Below, piece by piece: positions 56,773-64,000 of a DNA stretch of 64,000 bases. The stretch covers positions 119,663-183,662 of the forward strand of contig CATQHI010000008.1 of the NCBI GenBank assembly GCA_958295895.1, read 5' to 3'. This stretch comes from Saprospiraceae bacterium (GTDB lineage: Bacteria; Bacteroidota; Bacteroidia; Chitinophagales; Saprospiraceae). The notes under the pieces are model-generated. The model was not told where the DNA came from. It worked only from the letters and a program-made list of their open reading frames with translations, and made no database searches. Each line of letters opens with the position of its first letter. The stretch's first letter is position 1. Made by a program: the position numbers and the translations under genes.

Positions 56773-57610
56773 TTAGGCCTCCATGGCCTCACGGGCAGCC
56801 TCACGGTAGCCCTCCATACGGGCGGCATCGGCACTACGGTACCGGGGGCCGCACTTCTGTAGTACTTCCTTCATATCGTCGTCCGAAAGCTTGGAAAACT
56901 CTTCCACGGTGGTGACACCGGCCTCCTCGAAGCGGGTAGCCATCGTGACGCCTACGCCACTGATTTTGGTCAGGGGGCTTGCGGGCGGCTTGGTGGAGGG
57001 ACGACCCCGGCGTCCATTACCGGAGTTGGTCTTCTTCGGACCACTGGTCTTGCGGGCGGCCTTGGCGGCACCTTCCGTCTTGCGGGGGCGACCACGGCGG
57101 GGCTTGGGACCGGACTTCGTGTCGTCGTCGGAGGTCTTTTCTGCGGCAGCCTCGCTCACCGTATCGGGGGCGTCTGAAACGGCCTGGGCGAGTTCTTCGG
57201 CCGAGACGTTCTTATTGTAATCGGTCGTGTCGGTGCCGTTGTCCGATTGACCGTTGGCGTAGGCGCTGTCGTCGGAGGAAGAAGAGTTATCGCTCGCGGT
57301 AGCTACGCTCTTTTTCGGACGCCCCGCGACGGGCACCGGTGGATTTGGTACCGCGCTTGGGCTTGTCGGCGGTGGTTGCCGTAGAATCAAGCGGGGCAGC
57401 GGGTGCCTTATCGGCCTTGCTGGCCTTCTTGGCGAGCTTGAGCTCCTGTTCTAGGCTGGCGACCTTTTGCTCCAAACTTTTAATCTTAGCCTTGGCGGAT
57501 TTAAGCTTTTTCTTCGATTTCTTGTGCTTGTTAGCCCCCTCGGTGAAGGCTTCCTGGGCGGCATCGAAGCGGGACATGACTGCCTTGAGCTCTTTTTTAA
57601 AATTAGCCAT
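56773..57610 (-). pseudogene. Lys-rich coiled-coil / AT-hook / C-terminal helix-hairpin-helix DNA-binding protein; probable frameshift as sequenced
   Basis: ORF 57287-57610 (MANFKKELK...KKSKKKLKSAKAKIKSLEQK...KPKRGTKSTGA) runs into ORF 56773-57390 (..VAGRPKKSV...RRGRPRKTEG...GRRGRPSTK...ISGVGVTMATRFEEAGVTTVEEF). The shift lies within 57321-57336. Two separate overlapping genes cannot be excluded. Confidence 0.55.
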
Positions 57611-57864
57611 TAAGGTTGATTTGAGTGAACTGACGGGCTATGTACCGGAGAATACCGCTCCGTCAACTGGAGGGGGGTACGAACCGATCAGTGGATAAAT
57701 GGATAAAGACAATTCTCCTATACAATAACTAGGGTAGGTAATTGAACCGGGGTTATAAGGCCGCGCCAACCACGCTGGTTGCCGCACTCTGGATGCTTTG
57801 ATATAAAAACCTCTATATAATCAAATGTTCCGGTACGGGGCAAATATATATAAAATTATTTTGC

Positions 57865-58749
57865 CTAATGGTTACGGCGGTCTTCTCCCCAGTTGAGCTT
57901 ACCGCGCAGGGTATCCATAAAGGTGATTTCGGGTAGCTTGACCAGGTGAATACCGAAATCGTTCTTCCGCACTGCTAGCTCGTGCACCGCGGTTACGGTT
58001 TCAAAGCGGCTATCTAGGGTGGAGAGAAAGTTTTCCGCCCGGCCTTCAATCTGGAAACTCACCACCGCGTCGTCACTAATGACGATGGGGCGTACGTTCA
58101 GGTTATGCGGTGCCACCGGAGTTACCACGAAATTACCACTGCCGGGAAATACAATGGGGCCTCCGCAACTTAGGCTATAACCCGTGCTGCCGGTCGGCGT
58201 GGCTACAATGATGCCGTCGGCCCAGTAACTATTCAGGTAGGCCCCATTGATGTAGGTATGAATCGTGATCATCGAGGAGGTATCCCGCTTGAGGAGGGTA
58301 AAGTCGTTGAGCGCATAGGGCGTATCGCCAAATACCGGCAGGTTACTTTCCAGGTAGAGCATGTCGCGCCGCTCGGTCTCAAAGCGGCCCCGGGCCAGCA
58401 ACCGCAACGCCTCCCGCATTTTTGATTTTTCTACCCGCGCCAGAAACCCGAGTCGCCCTAGATTGATCCCCAAAATAGGGATGTTATAGTCCCTGACCAT
58501 CAGTAAGGCACTGAGTATGGTCCCATCCCCTCCTAGGGTGATGAGCATATCAAATTTCTTGATACGAAAGTCAAGATGGGTGTCAAACGTACCTACATCG
58601 CGCTTAAATCGAAGGTGGGGCCTGATCTGCTCCAGATACGGCCCGTAGACGTAGGTAGAAAACTGCTCGTCCGCCAGTAGGTCAAACAACTCCTGTACGG
58701 GTTGGCGATCGTCCTGCTTGAATACCTGACTGTAGATAACTACCTGCAT
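57865..58749 (-). CDS. nadK: NAD+ kinase
   Basis: 294 aa. The GGDGT motif (LITLGGDGTILSA) and the PTGSTGYSLSCGGPI motif match NAD kinase. Confidence 0.9.
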   Translation of the reverse strand: MQVVIYSQVFKQDDRQPVQELFDLLADEQFSTYVYGPYLEQIRPHLRFKRDVGTFDTHLDFRIKKFDMLITLGGDGTILSALLMVRDYNIPILGINLGRLGFLARVEKSKMREALRLLARGRFETERRDMLYLESNLPVFGDTPYALNDFTLLKRDTSSMITIHTYINGAYLNSYWADGIIVATPTGSTGYSLSCGGPIVFPGSGNFVVTPVAPHNLNVRPIVISDDAVVSFQIEGRAENFLSTLDSRFETVTAVHELAVRKNDFGIHLVKLPEITFMDTLRGKLNWGEDRRNH

Positions 58750-58775
58750 CCGGCAAGGTTACGAAATCTTAACGC

Positions 58776-60179
58776 TTAAAATGCTAGGTTCAGGTTCAGG
58801 TACACCCCATTTTCGCCCAGGTGGTTGTGGTTATACTGGATACCGGCTACCATATCGTAGTAGAGCACCAGGTCGATGCCCGCGCCCACGCCGGTAAGCA
58901 GAATATTATTGAGCCGGTTGGATCCATCTACGAAGGGGGCATTGGCTACCCCCTGGTTGAATTGTAAGTTGACGAGCATTCGCAGCGGAATGTACCGGAA
59001 GGCGTCGATAAATACCAGCTTGCCGAGATCGAGCCTGGTCTTGAATAGCTCCCGGCGTAGTCCCAGGCGCCAGATGAGCATGTCCAGGCCGTCCACGACG
59101 TAGAATTGGTACCCGATCAGACCATTATTACCGAAGCCAATGGCCCGGTTTTCCAAAAACGGCTGGCGGGTGCGAATGATGCTGTACTTACCCGCCAGCC
59201 CATAATTAAACGAAGCGTGCTTTCCGAAGGGTAAGTACCGCCGGTAATCAGCGTGCACCTCCATGCCATCGCGTTCCCCGTAGACGCCCAGGCCCTCCTT
59301 GGCGATACCCACCGAATAGTACTTTCCCGCCCAGGGGTAATTGCGCACGTCCCGCCGGTCGTTCGTAAAGTCATAGCCGATACGGAAGTACTTCTGCTCG
59401 GTACGCCCCCCCCCGAAAAAATCGGGATTAAGAACCTGCCCGATCGTATCGGCAATGGCTGAATGCCGCCACCCCAGGGTCCAATCGTGGGTGATGTAAA
59501 TGCGGCGGCGGTACGAAAGGCCTACGTTGACCGCGGCGTTCTGGTACACGAAATTATCCGGGTCGGCATAAAATTCCTGGCGGTTGTCCCGCGTCAAAAA
59601 ATTCTGCTCCCGCCGCCGTAGTAGATTGATTTCAATGCCTAGGCCAATGGAGCCCGCCCGGTTGAGGTAGGGGAAGTTGTAGGCCGCCTGCAAGGAGCGC
59701 GTGTAGCCGGTCGTAAAGCCTAGTTTAAGTCGATCGCGCTGCCCCGAAAAGTTGTAGTACGTCAGTTTTCCCCCCACGTTGACCCGGTCCAGGGAGCGCT
59801 CCTGCTCATTCCACCACACGTTAAAATTACGGTCGGCTAGCTCGAATACCGGCACGGGATAGATGTACCACGTCTCGCGCATATTCACGATGACGGCCAT
59901 ACGCCCTCCCGCTTCCAACTGCGTCGTATCGTAGGTAATCGTAGCCGAGGCAAATAGGCCGGTATTCATCAGGTTGTTATAGCTCCGCGTGACCTCCTGC
60001 TCGAAATCAGCCACGGCCACCCGGTCGCCCTGCCCGAAGGTCATCTCCCGGAATACCACCCGCGGCCGCGTCTTCTTATGCCCCACCAGATACACCTCCT
60101 GAATGTAGAGGGAGTCACCCGGGCCCGCCCAGCTCGCCAGAGACAGTAACACAAACAGCGTAAGTAAAAATACCTTCAT
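58776..60179 (-). CDS. Omp85/BamA-family outer-membrane protein with POTRA domain
   Basis: 467 aa. It has a signal peptide, one POTRA-like segment (VYLVGHKKTRPRVVFREMTFGQGDRV...) and a beta-barrel ending ...GVYLNLNLAF with a terminal aromatic residue. Confidence 0.75.
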   Translation of the reverse strand: MKVFLLTLFVLLSLASWAGPGDSLYIQEVYLVGHKKTRPRVVFREMTFGQGDRVAVADFEQEVTRSYNNLMNTGLFASATITYDTTQLEAGGRMAVIVNMRETWYIYPVPVFELADRNFNVWWNEQERSLDRVNVGGKLTYYNFSGQRDRLKLGFTTGYTRSLQAAYNFPYLNRAGSIGLGIEINLLRRREQNFLTRDNRQEFYADPDNFVYQNAAVNVGLSYRRRIYITHDWTLGWRHSAIADTIGQVLNPDFFGGGRTEQKYFRIGYDFTNDRRDVRNYPWAGKYYSVGIAKEGLGVYGERDGMEVHADYRRYLPFGKHASFNYGLAGKYSIIRTRQPFLENRAIGFGNNGLIGYQFYVVDGLDMLIWRLGLRRELFKTRLDLGKLVFIDAFRYIPLRMLVNLQFNQGVANAPFVDGSNRLNNILLTGVGAGIDLVLYYDMVAGIQYNHNHLGENGVYLNLNLAF

Positions 60180-60255
60180 GCAGCCAGCTTAGCAGCCCAC
60201 CGTAGGAAACAGCGGCAGAACAAGAACGACAAAATCGGTGAGATAAAGTGTCCCT

Positions 60256-61143
60256 TCACTTGCGCTTGCTCAGAAAAATACCCACCAACACCAACGCCAC
60301 CGCCGGCAGTTGCTGCCACAGTACCCCCTCCCCGTCGGCTAGTCCCCAAATAAGTGCCACTACCGGGATCAAATAACTCACCGTGCTGGCAAACACCGCC
60401 CCCGCCCGTTGGATTAAGCGGTAGTAGACCAGACCGGCCAGCACCGTACTACCGAGGGCCAGGATACTGACATACGCCAGCGCCGTTGCACCCGCGGTGC
60501 CCGCCCGCATCACCGCCGGTATGACCCCCGACGCACCCACCGCATACCCCAGGGCCGGCAAGCCCACCAGGAAGTAACTCACCACCGTAATGGTCAGGGC
60601 CGGTACCTCGCGGAGGTAATTAGCCACCAGATTGGCGGCCGTACCATAGCACAGACAGGCCAGTAGCACCAGTCCAGCATACCCTAGCTGCTGGGTACTA
60701 TTTCCCTCCCCCGCCGGGGAAATGTAGGCCAGTGCTAGCGCGCCCGCAAGCCCCAGCACGATACCGGTCACCTGCTGCCGCACCGGCCGGTTGCGAAAGG
60801 CCAGCCAGGCCACCAGGAAGGTGCACAGCGGCGTGAGGCTGCTCAGCATCCCCGTCAGACTACTACTTAGGTACTGCTGCGCGGTGGGAAACAGAAAAGC
60901 CGGCAGGGCTGTACCGGTGAGCCCCACTACGATCAGCAGCGGGAGCTGGCGTAGCCGTACCCGCCGTAGGTGAATCGCGGCCAGGGGGGCCAGCGCCAGG
61001 GCGGAGATACCCAGTCGCAGCACCCCCACCTGCCGGGCGGTAAATACCTCCAGCCCCCACTTGATGAGCACGTAGCTACTGCCCCAGATTAGACTCAGGC
61101 CGAGTAGCGTAAGAAAGTCGCGTAGCGTGGGGCCCTCCTGCAT
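60256..61143 (-). CDS. DMT-superfamily (EamA) transporter
   Basis: 295 aa with 10 predicted TM helices in two EamA-like halves. Confidence 0.8.
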   Translation of the reverse strand: MQEGPTLRDFLTLLGLSLIWGSSYVLIKWGLEVFTARQVGVLRLGISALALAPLAAIHLRRVRLRQLPLLIVVGLTGTALPAFLFPTAQQYLSSSLTGMLSSLTPLCTFLVAWLAFRNRPVRQQVTGIVLGLAGALALAYISPAGEGNSTQQLGYAGLVLLACLCYGTAANLVANYLREVPALTITVVSYFLVGLPALGYAVGASGVIPAVMRAGTAGATALAYVSILALGSTVLAGLVYYRLIQRAGAVFASTVSYLIPVVALIWGLADGEGVLWQQLPAVALVLVGIFLSKRK

Positions 61144-61155
61144 GCCGGCGAAGGT

Positions 61156-61183
61156 ACGGGCGGGGCCGCGGGTGCGGGGCGGG
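61156..61183. repeat. Copy of dispersed GC-rich repeat, G-quadruplex-capable, intergenic
   Basis: acgggcggggccgcgggtgcggggcggg. The first 20 nt are identical to 43161-43180. It has five G3-4 tracts with loops of 1-4 nt. Confidence 0.8.
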
Positions 61184-61222
61184 ACGACCAGATAACGTAT
61201 ATTTACTGGCTACCCATCGATC

Positions 61223-64000
61223 ATGCAGTACGTACTATCCCTAGCCGCCCTTCTTCTAGCGTTCTCCGCCTGCGAGCGCCGCGAGTCCACCCCCGAGCCG
61301 CCGGCCATCGACTACGGCAGCCTGACCGAAGAGCAGAAACGCCAGCCGGAAAATGCCCTGGCCTCCTTCACCCTGCACCAGGGACTAGACGTAGGGCTGT
61401 TTGCCGCCGAGCCCATGCTCATCAATCCCACTAATCTAGACGTAGACGAGCGGGGTCGGGTATGGGTATGCGAGGCGCAGAACTACCGCCGCTTCAACCA
61501 CGACCACCCGGCCCGGGAGGCCGGTGACCGGATCATGATCCTGGAGGACCTGGACGGGGACGGCCGCGCAGATACCTCCAAGGTGTTTTACCAGGGCCCC
61601 GAGGTGAATGCCGCCCTGGGCATTGCTAAGCTGGGCGAGAAGGTGTACGTGGCCGCCAGCCCCAACATGCTGGTATTCACCGATGCGGACGGAGACGATG
61701 TGCCGGAGTCGCTGGATACCTTGTTTACCGGTATCTCCGGGGTGGACCACGACCACGGGGTGCACGCCATCGTATTCGGGCCCGACGGGAAGCTGTACTT
61801 CAACTTCGGCAACGAGGGCAAGCAGCTGCGGACGACCAGTGGGGAGCTGGCTAAAGATCTGCGCGGCGAAACGGTGGAGGAGGGCAAATCGCACCGGCAG
61901 GGCATGATATTTCGCTGCAACGCCGATGGCTCGGAGCTCGAGATCATGGGCCACAACTTCCGCAACAACTTCGAGGTGGCGCTGGACGCATACGGCCGTA
62001 TGTGGCAGAGCGACAACGACGACGATGGCAACGAGGGCACGCGCATCAACTTCGTAATGGACTACGGCAACTACGGCTACCACGACGAGATCACGGGGGC
62101 GGCCTGGCAGCAGGCCCGGGTGGGGATGGAGGAAGAGATCCCCCTGCGCCACTGGCACCTCAATGACCCCGGCGTAGTGCCCAATCTGTTGCAAACTGGC
62201 AGTGGCTCACCGACCGGTATCCTCGTGTACGAGGGACATAAACTGCCGCAAGTCTTCGAGGGACAGATGATCCACTGCGAGCCGGGCCATAACGTAGTGC
62301 GTTCCTACCCCGTCGCGGCGCAGGGCGCGGGCTTTACGGCCGATGTGGTCAATCTGATGGAAAGCCAGGACCAGTGGTTCCGCCCCAGTGATGTCTGTGC
62401 GGCCCCCGATGGGTCGCTAATGATCGCCGACTGGTACGATAGCGGCGTGGGCGGTCACCTGATGGGCGATATCGTGCGGGGGCGGGTGTACCGACTGCAC
62501 AGCGTGGGGCAGGAGTCGTATACGGTACAGGCTCCGGATCTAAGTGACCTACATACAGCGATAGCCTCCCTGGGCCACGTCAACCAGGCGACGCGCTACC
62601 TTGCTTACCGGCGGGTCGTAGACGACCCCGCTGCGGCCCGGCAACTGCGTACCACGGTAGCTAACGGCAAGGCAGACGTACGCCTGCGGGCCCGGGCGGC
62701 CTGGGCGCTGGCCGAGATCGAGGGGAGTATCGGCGAGGTAGCCCCCCTGCTACGCAAGAGTGGGTACCCGCCCCTGCGGGAACTGGCCCTGCGTATGGCC
62801 CGTCAGTACCCCGGGGAGGGGAACCGCGACCTGCTGGACCTGATCGGGTGGGCGGCCGACCGGGAGGATGCCGCCCTGTGGCGGGAGGCGGCCCTGGGGC
62901 TACGCTTTCTGGAGGGTGAGGCAGCCGATCAGCTCTTCGTGCGATTGGCAAATCGTTACGATGGCAGCGACCGCTGGTACCTGGAGGCACTGGGTATCGG
63001 GTCCGACCTGTACGCCGAGGACCGTTTTGCGGCCTGGCTCGCTACGGACCCGCCGCTGAAGAAAAAGGCTACCCGCGATCTTGTCTGGCGTAGTCGTTCG
63101 CCGGAGGCGCTGGCGCAGGTCGAAGACTACATCCGGGAGGCGGAGGACACTCAGGAGCTTGCTCGCTTCTTCCGCACGCTTCACTTTCAGCCCGCTGAGC
63201 GCACCGCCCCCCTTATCGAACGCGCCGTGTATACCAAGGAGCATCCGCAGCAGGCGGAAATGGTACGCTTTGCCCTGGCTAGTATTGATCCCGAGCAGCT
63301 ACGCACCAACCCCCGCCTGCAACGGCGGGTGAAGGAGATCATGCCCAGCCTACGTGGTACGGACGCCTGGCTACTGGTCGTCAGGAATGCCGGCATCACC
63401 AGTGAGGCCCCCATGCTATTAGACTCCGCCCTGCAGCATACCGACAACGACTACCGGGAGGGGGCCGTGAAACTGGCCTACGAGCTTGCTGGACCAGCCT
63501 TCTACCTGAAGCGCTACGCCGCCGCCGACGTGACCGAACGCAGCCGATTGGTCGACCTGGCCCGCCACCTGCACACCGAAGAGATCATGAGCTGGTTACA
63601 GGACATACGCAACGACACTACCCAGGAGCTAGCCATGCGCCAACTAGCCACCCGTAGCCTTGCCAATATGTGGCAGGGGATGGCGATCCTACTCGAAGAG
63701 GTTAAGGACGGCAATCTACCACGGGAGGAAGGAGAATACATCGCCCGGGTGCTCAGCCGGTCCTGGCGTGCCGACATCCGGGATGAAGCCATAAGCTGGC
63801 TCGCGGCTAACCGGACCGGTGAAGTGGTTGATCTGGATGGAATTGCCGCCAGGCAGGGTGACCGGGCGCGGGGGGAGGCTGTATTCAGTGAGTATTGCGC
63901 GGCCTGCCATCAGGTAAACGGGCAGGGCGTCCAGTTCGGCCCCAACCTGAGCCGCATCGGAGAAAAGCTGGGTAAGGATGCACTAGTAGCCGCCATCGCT
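61223..64000 (+). CDS. PVC-type heme-binding CxxCH lipoprotein (beta-propeller dehydrogenase-like domain + HEAT repeats + cytochrome c domain), 3' end outside window
   Basis: The frame is open for 926 codons from ATG 61223 to the window end, which I checked codon by codon. It is absent from the ORF track because it has no stop. It has a lipoprotein signal (LLLAFSAC), the motifs DERGRVWVCEAQNYR and DLDGDGRAD, HEAT-like repeats and CAACH near 63895-63909. Confidence 0.8.
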   Translation, partial: MQYVLSLAALLLAFSACERRESTPEPPAIDYGSLTEEQKRQPENALASFTLHQGLDVGLFAAEPMLINPTNLDVDERGRVWVCEAQNYRRFNHDHPAREAGDRIMILEDLDGDGRADTSKVFYQGPEVNAALGIAKLGEKVYVAASPNMLVFTDADGDDVPESLDTLFTGISGVDHDHGVHAIVFGPDGKLYFNFGNEGKQLRTTSGELAKDLRGETVEEGKSHRQGMIFRCNADGSELEIMGHNFRNNFEVALDAYGRMWQSDNDDDGNEGTRINFVMDYGNYGYHDEITGAAWQQARVGMEEEIPLRHWHLNDPGVVPNLLQTGSGSPTGILVYEGHKLPQVFEGQMIHCEPGHNVVRSYPVAAQGAGFTADVVNLMESQDQWFRPSDVCAAPDGSLMIADWYDSGVGGHLMGDIVRGRVYRLHSVGQESYTVQAPDLSDLHTAIASLGHVNQATRYLAYRRVVDDPAAARQLRTTVANGKADVRLRARAAWALAEIEGSIGEVAPLLRKSGYPPLRELALRMARQYPGEGNRDLLDLIGWAADREDAALWREAALGLRFLEGEAADQLFVRLANRYDGSDRWYLEALGIGSDLYAEDRFAAWLATDPPLKKKATRDLVWRSRSPEALAQVEDYIREAEDTQELARFFRTLHFQPAERTAPLIERAVYTKEHPQQAEMVRFALASIDPEQLRTNPRLQRRVKEIMPSLRGTDAWLLVVRNAGITSEAPMLLDSALQHTDNDYREGAVKLAYELAGPAFYLKRYAAADVTERSRLVDLARHLHTEEIMSWLQDIRNDTTQELAMRQLATRSLANMWQGMAILLEEVKDGNLPREEGEYIARVLSRSWRADIRDEAISWLAANRTGEVVDLDGIAARQGDRARGEAVFSEYCAACHQVNGQGVQFGPNLSRIGEKLGKDALVAAIA

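Overview
High-GC (about 60% by eye, not computed) chromosomal segment with Bacteroidota hallmarks: a SusC/SusD pair, T9SS type-A and type-B C-terminal sorting domains, TAnnTTTG -7 promoter boxes and a PVC-type heme-binding protein. A Saprospiraceae- or Rhodothermales-like origin is only a guess. Content is mostly housekeeping, with about 55 protein genes and 2 tRNAs. Recognised genes: hemH (partial), bioD, rplS, lutBC, efp, accB-accC, accA, dapA, rpsA, truA, tsaB, radC, corA, nadK and a Fe/Mn superoxide dismutase. Recognised clusters: a sulfate-assimilation operon (sulfite reductase-cobA-sirC-cysH-FNR), an LPS/O-antigen cluster (Wzz-like, O-antigen ligase-like, wecA-like), a GH57+GT4 pair, and a PhoX-like / di-heme peroxidase / heme-FG-GAP cluster next to an ECF sigma factor and SusCD. 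I found no CRISPR array, transposase, integrase, prophage or recognisable defense system. Points worth a second look: (1) a dispersed GC-rich 18-28 nt repeat (GGGCGGGG-NCGC-RGGTGC) with identical 18-22-mers inside unrelated genes, in different reading frames, and in intergenic DNA; (2) a second, REP-like hairpin family, plus a 150-bp nested palindrome inside the sulfur operon; (3) a Uma2 endonuclease gene in an AT-richer island, interrupted by TGA exactly at a conserved Trp; (4) at least 15 single-base frameshifts, mostly at homopolymers, breaking genes that include essential accA and dapA. The frameshifts are most likely assembly error and limit all pseudogene calls here. Two real genes are missing from the ORF track because they run off the window edges (2-460 and 61223-64000). 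All family assignments come from reading motifs in the translations; no database search was run.
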